A DNA stretch of 64,000 nt from Candidatus Brocadiia bacterium (GTDB taxonomy: Bacteria; Planctomycetota; Brocadiia; CAIUPP01): positions 4,303 through 68,302 of the forward strand of contig JBKQWE010000025.1 of the NCBI GenBank assembly GCA_052139675.1. Reading direction: 5' to 3'. This document shows positions 29,605 through 39,523 of this stretch, one piece after another. The first letter of the stretch is position 1. The number at the start of each line of letters is the position of its first letter. The notes under the pieces were generated by a model. The model ran no database searches and was not told the DNA's origin. It saw only the letters and a list, made by a program, of their open reading frames with translations. The translations under genes and the position numbers were made by a program.

Positions 29605-31050
29605 GTGACGACGCCACGCAGAGTTCGCGGCCACGCGGAAATTTCCCTGAGTCTGTTCGGCAAGCAGCAGATTCAGACCCTTCACGCGGCCACGCTGAAA
29701 ATTCTGGACCGGACCGGCGTCGCCGTGCATGACGCGGCGGCGCTGGCTCTGCTCAAGAAGGCGGGCGCGCGGGTGGAGGGCGACCGGGTGCGCATGAAGG
29801 CCGTCCTCGTGGAGCGCGCGCTGAAGACCGCCCCCAAGAGCATTCAGATCCATGACCGCGCCGGCAAACCGGCGATGCGCCTCGAAGGCTGGAACTCTTA
29901 CTACGGCACCGGGTCCGATTGCCCCAGCGCCCTGGACGCCGACACCGGCCTGCATCGGCCCAGCGCCAAGGCGGACGTCGGCCGGCTGGCCCTGCTCTGC
30001 GACCGCCTCGCCAACATTGACTTCTGCATGTCCATGGGGATCGCGTCGGACGCCAGCCGCGTGACGAGTTTCGTCCACCAGTTCGATGCCATGGTGCGGA
30101 ACACGTCGAAACCCGTCCTGTTCACCGCCCACGATGCGGAGGACATGCGCGACATCCTGTCCCTGGCCGAGATTGCGACCGGAGACGGGCGCCGGGACCT
30201 GGAGAAGCGGCCGCGGTACGTCCACTACAACGAGCCGGTCAGCCCCTTGCACCACACTCCGAACGGAACGGGCAAGCTGCTGTTCTGCGCCGAGCACCGC
30301 CTGCCGATGATCTACATCGCCAGCCCGATGATGGGCGCATCGGCCCCGGTGACCCTGGCCGGCTGCGTCGCCCTGGCGAACGCCGAGGCGCTCTCCGGGC
30401 TGGTGATCCATCAGTTGAAGAACCCCGGCGCGCCGTTCATCTTCGGGGCGGACGCGTCCATCCTGGACATGCGCACCATGATCTTCTCCTATGGAGCGCC
30501 GGAACTCCAGATGATGAACATCGCCTTCGCGGACCTGGCCCATCACTACGAGCTGCCCTTCTTCTGCATCGCGGGCGCGACGGATTCCAAGGTGCTCGAC
30601 GCCCAGGCCGGGGCGGAGATGGCTGCTTCCCTCCTGGTCAGCGCCCTGAACGGCTGCAACCTGATTCACGACGTGGGATACCTGGAAACCGGATTGTGCT
30701 GCTCGATGGAGAGCATTGTCCTGGCCGACGAGATCATCGGCATGGTCAAACGCTACCGCGCGGGGACCGAGATCAATGCCGAGGCCCTGGCCCTGGACGT
30801 CATTGATGAGGTCGGCCCGCAGGGCGACTTCATGAGCCATCCGCACACGGTGAAGCACTTCCGCCGCGAGGTCTGGTATCCGCAGATCTTCGACCGCTCC
30901 CGGCACGACGCATGGTCCGCGGCCGGCGGTCAGCCGATAGATGCCGCCGCGCGCCGCAAAGCCCAGGACCTGTTGTCCGCGGCCAAGCCCCAATCGTTTA
31001 CCCAGGGTCAAAGCCGGGCGATGGAGCAGGTGCTGTCGCGACGCGGATAG
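29605..31050 (+). CDS. Trimethylamine methyltransferase (MttB) superfamily protein, non-pyrrolysine
   Basis: IHAA-like TL.IL..TGV, PVSPL, MMGASAPVTLAG.VAL.NAEALSGLV..QL..PGAP.IFG, DSK..DAQAG.E, LADEII; no internal TAG. Confidence 0.9.
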   Translation: MTTPRRVRGHAEISLSLFGKQQIQTLHAATLKILDRTGVAVHDAAALALLKKAGARVEGDRVRMKAVLVERALKTAPKSIQIHDRAGKPAMRLEGWNSYYGTGSDCPSALDADTGLHRPSAKADVGRLALLCDRLANIDFCMSMGIASDASRVTSFVHQFDAMVRNTSKPVLFTAHDAEDMRDILSLAEIATGDGRRDLEKRPRYVHYNEPVSPLHHTPNGTGKLLFCAEHRLPMIYIASPMMGASAPVTLAGCVALANAEALSGLVIHQLKNPGAPFIFGADASILDMRTMIFSYGAPELQMMNIAFADLAHHYELPFFCIAGATDSKVLDAQAGAEMAASLLVSALNGCNLIHDVGYLETGLCCSMESIVLADEIIGMVKRYRAGTEINAEALALDVIDEVGPQGDFMSHPHTVKHFRREVWYPQIFDRSRHDAWSAAGGQPIDAAARRKAQDLLSAAKPQSFTQGQSRAMEQVLSRRG

Positions 31051-31111
31051 AGGCCGGATTCGCCGCCGCCGAAATCGCCACGCTTCACACGGACATTGGA
31101 CGCGCGCAAGA

Positions 31112-32305
31112 ATGAATTCCCGGGAGCGCGTTAAGGCGGCGCTGGCTCACCAGACGCCGGACCGGATCCCGCTCGACATCGGCGCCACGGACTCCTCCGG
31201 CATGACCGGGATTGCCTATGCCCGCCTGAAAGCGGCCCTGGGGCTGAGCGGCGCGCCGCGGATCTACGACCCTTACCAGCAATTATCCCTGATCGAGCCC
31301 GCCGTCCAGGACGCGCTGGAGATTGACGCGGTATCGCTGAATTGGGAGCCGAGAACGTGGAAGCGGTCCACCCTGCCCGATGGATCGGCCTGCGAAGTTC
31401 CCGGACTTTGGAACGAGAAATTCCTGCCGGACGGCTCGCGCGAGGTGCGCGGCGACGACGGAAGCCTGCTGGCGCGCATGCCGGCGGACGGATTCTATTT
31501 TGAGTGGTGCGATGCGCCGCTCCGGGGCTTGACGTCCGCCTCGCAGGTGGACCCCGCGGCGCCCTGCATTGTGAACTTCGACGCGCCCGGATTTTCCGAT
31601 GAAACGTGGGAAGAGCGCGCCGCCCGGGCCCGGTGCCTGCACGCCTCCGGCCGCGCCGTGGTCGGCAACCTCGCCTGCCACCTCCTGGCCGCTGGCGAAA
31701 TGCTTCGGGGCTACGAGAATTTCATGTGCGATCTCGTGGCCGAGAAGCCGCTGGCCCACGCGCTCCTCGATGCGCTCTGCGCCGCGTACATGCGCCGCGC
31801 CGATCGCTACGTGAAAACGCTCGGCCCGCACCTGGACGTCATTCTCGTCAACGACGATCTCGGGACGCAGAACGGCCCGATCATCTCTCTGAGCACGTAC
31901 CGGGAAATGATCCGGCCGTACCAGAAGCGGTTCTTCGGCCATCTCAGGCAGGTCTTCGACGGCGCCTTGCTTCTGCACTCCTGCGGGGCCATCGCGGAGT
32001 TTCTTCCGGACCTGATCGAATGCGGTGTGCAGGCGATCAACCCCGTGCAGATTTCGGCGGCCGGCATGGAGCCCGCGCGGCTCAAGCGCGAATTCGGCAG
32101 GGACATCGTCTTCTGGGGCGGCGGGTGCGACACGCAGCGCACGTTGAACCGCGGCTCCGCGGCGCAGGTCCGCCGGGAGGTGCGCCGGAACGCGGCGATC
32201 TTCGGAGCGGATGGAGGATTCGTCTTTACGCAGGTTCACAATATCCAGCCGGACGTCCCGGCGGAGAATGTGCTGGCGATGGTTAAGGCGCTCCGCGCCA
32301 TTTGA
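31112..32305 (+). CDS. Uroporphyrinogen decarboxylase-family methyltransferase (MtaA/CmuA, MT2-like)
   Basis: MNSRERV.AAL.HQ.PDRIPLD, NDDLGTQNGP, LLHSCG, INPVQ, FWGGG.DTQ, HNIQPDVP.EN. Confidence 0.88.
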   Translation: MNSRERVKAALAHQTPDRIPLDIGATDSSGMTGIAYARLKAALGLSGAPRIYDPYQQLSLIEPAVQDALEIDAVSLNWEPRTWKRSTLPDGSACEVPGLWNEKFLPDGSREVRGDDGSLLARMPADGFYFEWCDAPLRGLTSASQVDPAAPCIVNFDAPGFSDETWEERAARARCLHASGRAVVGNLACHLLAAGEMLRGYENFMCDLVAEKPLAHALLDALCAAYMRRADRYVKTLGPHLDVILVNDDLGTQNGPIISLSTYREMIRPYQKRFFGHLRQVFDGALLLHSCGAIAEFLPDLIECGVQAINPVQISAAGMEPARLKREFGRDIVFWGGGCDTQRTLNRGSAAQVRREVRRNAAIFGADGGFVFTQVHNIQPDVPAENVLAMVKALRAI

Positions 32306-32431
32306 CCGGAGAACAGGGTATCCGGCCGCGCGCCGCAGCACTTGCTCCGGGCGGCCGGGTCCTTGTAAGATGCCGCCTTTATTCCCGGTATTTTCCGTCG
32401 AGCTTCCGTCAGCCCTCAAGGATGGCCCCGG

Positions 32432-33382
32432 ATGCAGTCTTCCTCGTCAAGATACCTGCCCACCATCGCCGGCATTCTGGCGGTGCTGTTCTGGAGCACG
32501 ACGGTGGCGGTCGCGCGGGACATCGTCGAACGGCTCGGACCGCTGACGGCGAGCGCCGCGCTGTACCTGGCCGGCGGCGCGCTGAGCTGCCTTCCGCTGC
32601 TCATCCGGCCGGACCGCATCGGACGAATCCTCCGCCTGCCGCGCGCGTACCTGTTCGGCTGCGGCGGGCTGGTCGTGCTCTACGTGCTCTGCTTCTTCCT
32701 GGCCCTGGGGCTGGCCGCCGACCGCGCGCAGGTCGTCGAGATCGGGTTGATCAACTACCTCTGGCCGGCGCTGACGCTGCTGCTCGCGATGCCGATCCTG
32801 GGCGCTCGCGCGCGCATCGGCCTCGTCCCCGGCGTGCTGATCGCCTTCGCGGGGATCGGCCTCGTCGCCGCCGCGCAGAGCACGGTCCTCTCGTGGCCGG
32901 GATTCCTGGCCGACCTGCGCTCGAACGCCGCGCCGTATCTGCTCGCGCTCGCCGCGGCGGCCGCCTGGGCGCTCTATTCCAACCTCAGCCGCCGCTGGGC
33001 CGCGGACGCCGGCGGCGGCGCGATGAACCTGTTCATGCTCGCGAGCGGGCTGGTCCTGCTCCTCGCGCGATGCTTTTTCCACGAGCACCCGCGCTGGACC
33101 CCGGACATCGCCGTGAAAATGGCCCTCTATGTCATCTTCCCGGTCGGTCTGGCCTATCCGTTCTGGGACATCGCCATGCGCCGCGGGCGGATGGTCTTCG
33201 TCGCGTCCTTCTCGTACCTGCTGCCGCTCTTCTCGACCGTCATCAGCTCGCTGTATCTGCACGTCCCGCTGACGCGCGCGCTGTGGCTCGGCTGCGGGCT
33301 GGTCATCGCCGGCGCCGTCATCTGCAAGTTCTCCGTGGTTGAACGGCGCGACGAAAGGCCGACGGCGCAGGATAAGCGCTAG
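32432..33382 (+). CDS. EamA/DMT family transporter (YddG-like)
   Basis: About 10 TM segments; LFWSTT, LINYLWP, WALYS, FSYLLP. Confidence 0.85.
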   Translation: MQSSSSRYLPTIAGILAVLFWSTTVAVARDIVERLGPLTASAALYLAGGALSCLPLLIRPDRIGRILRLPRAYLFGCGGLVVLYVLCFFLALGLAADRAQVVEIGLINYLWPALTLLLAMPILGARARIGLVPGVLIAFAGIGLVAAAQSTVLSWPGFLADLRSNAAPYLLALAAAAAWALYSNLSRRWAADAGGGAMNLFMLASGLVLLLARCFFHEHPRWTPDIAVKMALYVIFPVGLAYPFWDIAMRRGRMVFVASFSYLLPLFSTVISSLYLHVPLTRALWLGCGLVIAGAVICKFSVVERRDERPTAQDKR

Positions 33383-33469
33383 GCCGCGGACCATCATTTA
33401 TCGTGCGCCACTCCGAGTGATATAATCAAAGCCGGCACGTCGAGAATTCCACGGAAACGGAGGAGGATC

Positions 33470-34447
33470 GTGGAGATCATCTATCTGAGCCGCAGCGCCG
33501 TCGAGTCGCTCGGCATGACCATGGCGGAAGTGCTCGAGGCGGTGGAGAACGGGTTTCGCCTGAAAGGGCTCGGCCGGACCGAGATGCCGCCGAAGCCGGG
33601 GATCTATCCGCGCGCGGACTGCTTCATCCACGCGATGCCCGCCTACGTGCGCGAGGTCGAGGCCGCCGGCCTGAAATGGGTCAGCGGCTATCCGCCGAAC
33701 ATGGCCAAGGGGCTGCCGTACATCAGCGGCCTGCTCGTGCTGAACGACCCGGAGACGGGCATCCCGATCGCGGTGATGGACTGCGCGTGGATCACGGCGA
33801 TGCGGACCGGCGCGAGCGTCGGCATCTCGGCGAAATACCTGGCGAGGGCCGACAGCGCCGCCGCCGGGATCATCGGCTGCGGCGTCCAGGCGCGCGCCAG
33901 CCTCATGGCGCTGGTCGAGACGCTGCCGAAGCTGCGCGAGGTGCGCTGTCACGATCTCCGTCCGGCCGCGACGGAGGCGTTCATCCGGGAGATGTCCGCG
34001 CGGTTCGGCCGGCTGAAGTTCACGCCGTGCAGTAGCCCGGCGGAGATGGCGCTCGGCGCCGACGTGATCGTCTCCGCGATCCCCATCGTCACCCAGCCGG
34101 AACCGCCGCTCGACGCCGGGCTGCTCAAGAGCGGCGGGCTCGCCGTGTCGCTCGACTACGATTCGGCCTGGACCGGCGCGGCGATGAAGGAGTGCGCCAA
34201 GTTCGTCACCGACGACGCCGGCCAGCTTCTGAGCACGCGGGAGCACGGCGTGTATTTCAGCGGCATCCCGGCGAAGATTTACGCCGACCTCGGCGAGCTG
34301 GCCGCCGGCCTCAAGAAAGGCCGCGAGAGCGCGGCGGAGCGGATTTTCTCCATGAACATGGGCATCGCCGTGGACGACATGGTCACCGCCAAGGCGTTGT
34401 ACCAGAAGGCTTTAGAGCGCAAAGCCGGCGTGCGGTTGCCGCTGTGA
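33470..34447 (+). CDS. Ornithine cyclodeaminase/mu-crystallin family protein
   Basis: EMPPK, HAMPA, GLKWVSGYP.N, ITAMRTGA, IIGCGVQA, MGIAVDD. Confidence 0.9.
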   Translation: MEIIYLSRSAVESLGMTMAEVLEAVENGFRLKGLGRTEMPPKPGIYPRADCFIHAMPAYVREVEAAGLKWVSGYPPNMAKGLPYISGLLVLNDPETGIPIAVMDCAWITAMRTGASVGISAKYLARADSAAAGIIGCGVQARASLMALVETLPKLREVRCHDLRPAATEAFIREMSARFGRLKFTPCSSPAEMALGADVIVSAIPIVTQPEPPLDAGLLKSGGLAVSLDYDSAWTGAAMKECAKFVTDDAGQLLSTREHGVYFSGIPAKIYADLGELAAGLKKGRESAAERIFSMNMGIAVDDMVTAKALYQKALERKAGVRLPL

Positions 34448-34453
34448 ACGAAA

Positions 34454-34541
34454 GGACGATGGACGATAGACGATGGACGATGGACGATGGACGATAGACG
34501 ATAGAATGTGCGCTATGGTCTATCGTCCCTCGTCCTCATCC
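34454..34541. repeat. Heptamer (G/A)GACGAT x7 with inverted degenerate arm
   Basis: GGACGAT GGACGAT AGACGAT GGACGAT GGACGAT GGACGAT AGACGAT ... CTATGGT CTATCGT CCCTCGT CC. Confidence 0.85.
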
Positions 34542-34567
34542 TCTGGCCCATGACGAAAGGAGAAACC

Positions 34568-35140
34568 ATGAAAGTCGTCGCGTTCAACGGAAGCCCGCGC
34601 AAGGACGGGAACACGTTCTGCCTGATCCACCACGTCTTCGGCGCGCTGCAGAAGGAGGGCGTCGAGACGGAGCTCGTGCAGGTCGGCGGGAACCTGGTGC
34701 ACGGCTGCATCGCCTGCTTCGAGTGCTTCAAGCGGAAGAACGGGCGGTGCGCGCTGGAGGACGACGTGGTCAACGGCTGCATCGAGAAGATGCGCCAGGC
34801 CGACGGGATCATCCTCGCCTCGCCGACGTATTTCGCCGACGTGACCACGGAGACGAAGGCGCTGATGGACCGCGGCGGGTTCGTGGCGCGCGCGAACGGC
34901 AACTTCCTCCGGCGCAAGGTCGGCGCCGCGCTCTCGGTGGCGCGCAAGGCCGGCGCGATCCACGCCTTCGACACGATGAATCACTTTTTCCTGATCAGCG
35001 AGATGATCGTCCCGGGCTCCAATTACTGGAACCTGGCGCTCGGGCGGGAGAAAGGCGAAGTCGAGAAGGACGAGGAAGCCGTCCGCACGATGAAAACCCT
35101 CGGTGAGAACATGGCCTGGCTGCTGAAGAAGGTGCAGTGA
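34568..35140 (+). CDS. Iron-sulfur flavoprotein / NADPH-dependent FMN reductase family
   Basis: NGSPRKDGNT, GCIACFEC...C (Isf-type Cys cluster), LASPTYF, SNYWN. Confidence 0.9.
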   Translation: MKVVAFNGSPRKDGNTFCLIHHVFGALQKEGVETELVQVGGNLVHGCIACFECFKRKNGRCALEDDVVNGCIEKMRQADGIILASPTYFADVTTETKALMDRGGFVARANGNFLRRKVGAALSVARKAGAIHAFDTMNHFFLISEMIVPGSNYWNLALGREKGEVEKDEEAVRTMKTLGENMAWLLKKVQ

Positions 35141-35191
35141 AAGGGGCATGAACGCCCGGACGTTTTCGACGACTGTTGAAGCCGCGCGCCG

Positions 35192-37321
35192 TCAGCGCGG
35201 GTCCTGCTGCCAGCGAATGATCGTGAAGAGGTTGCTGAAGTCATCCGTCCAGTAGCACGGATGCGAGGTGGTCTCCTCCGCGCCGTCCCGGACCTCGGGC
35301 GTGGCCAGGAACTCCTCGTTATTGGTCAGAAGTATCCACGTCGTGGGCCACTGGACGTCGTTCCCGAAGGTGAGCGTCTCGCGGGAGACCATCTGCAGGT
35401 CGAACCAGTCCGCCAGCCCGACGACGACCGGCTCGAGGTTAAGGTTCCGGTTGGAGATGTGGACGGCGATGATGCCGCCGGGGTTCATGTGGCGCAGGTA
35501 GATCTCGAACGCCTCGCGCGTGAGCAGGTGCACCGGAATGGCGTCGCTGCTGAAGGCGTCGAGGACGAGCACGTCGAAGCGCTCCTCCGGCGGCTCGCGC
35601 TCGATGGAGAGCCGCCCGTCGCCCATGACCACCTCGCAGTGCGCGGGGCTGTCGGTGAAGTACGTGAAGTATCCCTTGTTCTTCGTCAGGTCCACGACGT
35701 TGGAGTTGATCTCGAAAAAGCGGTAGAGGTCGCCGGGCTGGCCGTACACCGCCAGCGTCGCCGTGCCCATGCCGATCGCCCAGACGCGGATGCCGTCGCG
35801 GCGCGGGTAATAATCGAGCGCCAGCCCCAGGCCGGTCTTTTTGCCGTAGTAACTCACCGGCTCGCGGCGGAGGCTGCCGGTATATTGTACGCCGTGGGTG
35901 ATCCGGCCGTGCAGGAGCCAGAAGGAGTGCCGTTCGGGGTCGTCCGCCTGCTTCTCCAACACTCGGAGAACGCCGTAGAAGTTGCGCGTGGTGCAGATCG
36001 TGTTCTCCCGCCCCCGGAGCGCCAGATGCGCCATCAGCACGCCCAGCCCGACCAGGCAGGCCGCGGCCAGTGAAATGCCGGTCCAGCGCAGCTCAGCCGG
36101 CAGGCGGCGGAGCCGGCGCGCCCACGCTGCGTCCGGCTCGCGATACCGCAAGCTGTACCCGAGCGCCGCCAGCGCCACGGCCGCCGAAAGCCAGATGCCC
36201 GCGTGCAGTTCCACGTACGTCTTGAAGATCAGCGGCGCCACGAGCGTGACGAACACGCCGCCGAGGGCGCCGCCGGCGGCGACCATGAGGTAGAACGCCG
36301 TCAAGTTCCGCGGGCCCGGCTTCAGCCGCACCAGCTCGCCGTGGCAGACCATCGCGCAGGCGAACAGCCCCAGCGAGAAGGCGCCGATCTGCACGATCAG
36401 GTCCGCCTCGGCGCCGGCGCGCAGCACGCGGCACATGTACCCGATCGCGCCGATCATCAGCGGCCAGAACACCGGACGATAGTACCAGCGCTCGCTGTCG
36501 AAGCAGATGATGAAGGACAGCAGGTAGAGTCCCAGCGGCACCACCCACAGGAACGGGACGACGGCGATGTCCTGGCACACGGTGTTGGTCACGGCCAGGA
36601 GCATGACCGAGGCGCACGCCGGCAGCAGCAGCCAGAGGAGCCAGACCGGCGCGGGCACGCGCGCGTCCTGCGGCGGCGGGGCGGCCGCGGCGGAGTCGCT
36701 CCCGGCGGGGCGCTCCACAGGCACGCCGGCCCGCAGCGCGCCGAGGCCCGACCACGCGCACAGCAGAACGAATCCCGCGAAGCCCGCCGCCCACGCGACC
36801 GCCAGCGCGCGCCCGCTCAGCAGCGGCTCCATGACCACCGGGAAAGTCACCAGCGCCAGCAGCGAGCCGACGTTCGAGAGCGCGTACAGCCGGTAGACCT
36901 GGGCCTGCGGCCGCGCCAGCGTGAACCATTTCTGCAGCAGCGGACTCGTCGAGCTGAGCGCAAAAAACGGCAGGCCGACCGTCGCCGCCAGCAGCCACGC
37001 GATCCGCCACGTCGGCGAGTCCGGACTCGAAGGCTTCCACGCGCCGCCCAGCCAGAGCGGCAGGAAGAGCAGCGGCAACGCCAGCACCGCCGCCCCGAGC
37101 ACCGCCAGGTGCACGACCACCTGCCGCCGCTGTCCCAGCCGCGTGCCGACCAGGTGCGCATACACATAGCCGCCCAGCAGCAGGAGCTGGAAAAAGAGCA
37201 TGCAGGTCGTCCACACCGCCGGGCTGCCGCCGAACCACGGCAGGATGCGCTTGCTGACGAGCGGTTGCACCTGGAAGAGCAGGAACGCGCTCAGGAAAAT
37301 CGTCATCGCGAACCGGATCAA
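35192..37321 (-). CDS. Membrane protein with C-terminal spermidine-synthase-like methyltransferase domain
   Basis: FLLFQVQP, YALSNVGSL, CHGEL TM region; IGMGTATLA, FEIN, GDGR, VLDAFSSDAIPVHLLT, WTDDFS; TTG start with RBS. Confidence 0.85.
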   Translation of the reverse strand: MIRFAMTIFLSAFLLFQVQPLVSKRILPWFGGSPAVWTTCMLFFQLLLLGGYVYAHLVGTRLGQRRQVVVHLAVLGAAVLALPLLFLPLWLGGAWKPSSPDSPTWRIAWLLAATVGLPFFALSSTSPLLQKWFTLARPQAQVYRLYALSNVGSLLALVTFPVVMEPLLSGRALAVAWAAGFAGFVLLCAWSGLGALRAGVPVERPAGSDSAAAAPPPQDARVPAPVWLLWLLLPACASVMLLAVTNTVCQDIAVVPFLWVVPLGLYLLSFIICFDSERWYYRPVFWPLMIGAIGYMCRVLRAGAEADLIVQIGAFSLGLFACAMVCHGELVRLKPGPRNLTAFYLMVAAGGALGGVFVTLVAPLIFKTYVELHAGIWLSAAVALAALGYSLRYREPDAAWARRLRRLPAELRWTGISLAAACLVGLGVLMAHLALRGRENTICTTRNFYGVLRVLEKQADDPERHSFWLLHGRITHGVQYTGSLRREPVSYYGKKTGLGLALDYYPRRDGIRVWAIGMGTATLAVYGQPGDLYRFFEINSNVVDLTKNKGYFTYFTDSPAHCEVVMGDGRLSIEREPPEERFDVLVLDAFSSDAIPVHLLTREAFEIYLRHMNPGGIIAVHISNRNLNLEPVVVGLADWFDLQMVSRETLTFGNDVQWPTTWILLTNNEEFLATPEVRDGAEETTSHPCYWTDDFSNLFTIIRWQQDPR

Positions 37322-37427
37322 GGCGTGGTCCTTCCTTCACGGTCGCCGCGGTGCGATCTCATGGGAATTGGCCGCGGCCACTATGATAAACAACGGGCGG
37401 GATAATGCAACCGCGCCGGCGGGCGGT

Positions 37428-39422
37428 TCACAGCCCCATGGTCATGAAGAACGTGAACACCAGGGTGGAATCGCCGCGGTACGAGATCACCGGCCAGCCG
37501 AAGTTGATCCCCGCGGTCAGTCCGCCGGCCTTCGGCAGCACGGCGCGCAGGCCCACGCCGGAGCCGATGCGGATGCGGCCGAGCTCCGCCGGAGTCGTCT
37601 CCACGTCGCCGTAGTCGGTGAACATCGCGCCGCGGAAGTACACCTCCTGGCCGACGTGAATGATCGGGAAAGTGTACTCCGCCGTCCCGGTGAGCATCCA
37701 GTAGCCGCCGATCGGCACGCCGTCGAACTGCGGCGAGATGCCCCACACGTCGAACCCGCGCACGGAGCCGAGCCCGCCGGCATAGAACCGGTCGAAGACC
37801 GGCGCCTTGCCGCCGATGACGCCGCCGTTGGCGCTCACTTCCAGCACGTGCGCGTCGAATCCCTCGCCATACACCGGGACGAACTGGCTGGCGGAGAGCA
37901 GCGAGTGGACGAAGGGCGTGTCCTCGTAAATCGGCTCGACGTACAGGCTCGCGCGCATGCCGCGGTTGACGATGATCGTGTCGGGCGTGGTCGTGTACGA
38001 CAACCGGCTCCACGCGCCGTAACCGGGCGTGTAGCCGTTGACGGCGTTGTAGTCGGGGATATTGTGCTGGGACAGGTCCCACATTTCGGTCCCTTCGATG
38101 GTCGGGCCGAAGCTCACGCGCCAGTGGTCGGAAAGGTCCTTCTCCACGCCGATGCGTATCTGAAGCTGCCACAAATTGTAATCGGGCAATTCCTCGCGGT
38201 TGTACGTGGCGCTGGCCAGGCCCGTGTAGTCGGTCCCGAACGTGTCCGGCTGCTCGAAGCCGCCGCCGAGGGTCGTGAATTTCTGGCCCGGCGCGGCCGA
38301 CAGGATCAGGCGTTCGCCGCGCCCGCGGAACATGTTCCAGTCCCAGAAGTCCTGCCAGGATTTCGGCGGCTTGGTGATGTCGAAGTCCGATTCCTGAAAG
38401 GTCAGCGCCGCGCCGAGCCCCGAGTAGCTGGCGGCCGACCCTGAAGCGCTGACGCGCGAGGTGCCGCCTTCTTCGAGGCTGACCACCACGATCGCCTGGT
38501 CGGGCGCAGCGCCCGGCTCCACGCGGTACTGCACCGACTTGAACCACTTGTATTTTCGGAGCCGGGCGATCACGTCGTTGATCGGCTCGACCGTCAGCGC
38601 CATCCCCTCGTGCAGCTTCCGGTCCACTTCGCAGCGGACCAGCCATTCCTCCGTGATGCGGTCGTTCACCCATTCCAGCTTGACCGATTCGAGCGTGACG
38701 GGCGGGCCTTCCGTGATGACGTATTGCACCGCCGCCAGGTTCGGCCCGGGCGGCGGCGCCATCTTCGGCAGCACCAACGTCGTCAGGCGGCCGACTTCGC
38801 CGTAATGCTCCCAGATGCGCTTCGCGCCGTCCTGGAAAGCGCCCTTCGAAAAATAGCCGTCCTTCTCCGGCTTGACCAGCGGGCGCAGTTCCAGCGTGGA
38901 GAAGAGCTTGTTGCCGACGATCTCCACGGTGCTCAGCTTGTAGCGCGGGCCCTCGACGATGGTGAAGAGGAGCTCCTGGTCGGTGGTGCCCGCAAGCGGC
39001 TCGCTGGTGGCGTTCACCTTGGCTTCGAGGAAGCCGTCGTCCTCGTACTTCTTGACGATCTGGTTCACGTCGGCCGAGATCACCTTGATGACCACCGGTT
39101 TGTTGGCCCTGGTCTCCATGTCGCGTTTCAGGGAGCCGGTGGAGAAATGCTCGTTGCCGACGAAGCGGATCGAGACGATATTGGGAAGTTTTTTGGAAGG
39201 CGCTTCGGCGGGCTCGCCCGCCGGACTTATGGCGGGCTTGCCCGCCGGGCTTGTGGCGGGCTTGCCCGCCGGGCTTGTGGAGGGTTGAGCCGCCGTGTTT
39301 GTGACGGACTCCGAGGCTTTTTCAGCGGGCGCGGCGCTCTCGGCGCCGAAGGCCGGAATGGCCGAAAGCAGCAGCGCCAGAGCGGCCGGAGCGATTCGCG
39401 CAACGACAGATTGAAATCGCAC
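37428..39422 (-). CDS. Omp85/BamA-family outer membrane protein
   Basis: Signal peptide, POTRA-like repeats (IVEGPRYKL..V.IVGN), RFYAGGLGSVRGF, C-terminal barrel; shorter than canonical BamA. Confidence 0.88.
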   Translation of the reverse strand: MRFQSVVARIAPAALALLLSAIPAFGAESAAPAEKASESVTNTAAQPSTSPAGKPATSPAGKPAISPAGEPAEAPSKKLPNIVSIRFVGNEHFSTGSLKRDMETRANKPVVIKVISADVNQIVKKYEDDGFLEAKVNATSEPLAGTTDQELLFTIVEGPRYKLSTVEIVGNKLFSTLELRPLVKPEKDGYFSKGAFQDGAKRIWEHYGEVGRLTTLVLPKMAPPPGPNLAAVQYVITEGPPVTLESVKLEWVNDRITEEWLVRCEVDRKLHEGMALTVEPINDVIARLRKYKWFKSVQYRVEPGAAPDQAIVVVSLEEGGTSRVSASGSAASYSGLGAALTFQESDFDITKPPKSWQDFWDWNMFRGRGERLILSAAPGQKFTTLGGGFEQPDTFGTDYTGLASATYNREELPDYNLWQLQIRIGVEKDLSDHWRVSFGPTIEGTEMWDLSQHNIPDYNAVNGYTPGYGAWSRLSYTTTPDTIIVNRGMRASLYVEPIYEDTPFVHSLLSASQFVPVYGEGFDAHVLEVSANGGVIGGKAPVFDRFYAGGLGSVRGFDVWGISPQFDGVPIGGYWMLTGTAEYTFPIIHVGQEVYFRGAMFTDYGDVETTPAELGRIRIGSGVGLRAVLPKAGGLTAGINFGWPVISYRGDSTLVFTFFMTMGL
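39207..39278 (-). repeat. 3 x 24-nt tandem coding repeat (TSPAGKPA) in the BamA N-terminal linker
   Basis: GGCGGGCTTGCCCGCCGGGCTTGT units, each with an internal GGCGGGC/GCCCGCC palindrome. Confidence 0.85.
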
Positions 39423-39464
39423 GATGCGTACCCATAGCGGATTGCGGGGGCAGGGTTAAGACAA

Positions 39465-39498
39465 GAGAGAGCGTGGCGCACCTGCGCCACGCTCTCTC
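39465..39498 (-). terminator. Probable intrinsic terminator after the OMP gene
   Basis: 16-bp perfect stem GAGAGAGCGTGGCGCA/TGCGCCACGCTCTCTC followed by TTGTCTT on the minus strand. Confidence 0.65.
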
Positions 39499-39523
39499 AT
39501 CCATCCTTCCGGACGTCCCTTGC

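Noticed and set aside
29605-31050. Pyrrolysine readthrough in mttB
   Set aside because: No internal TAG; the terminal TAG follows a full-length protein; no pyl genes in the window
17189-34541. Tandem-unit elements read as CRISPR arrays
   Set aside because: Units are 6-8 nt with no unique spacers
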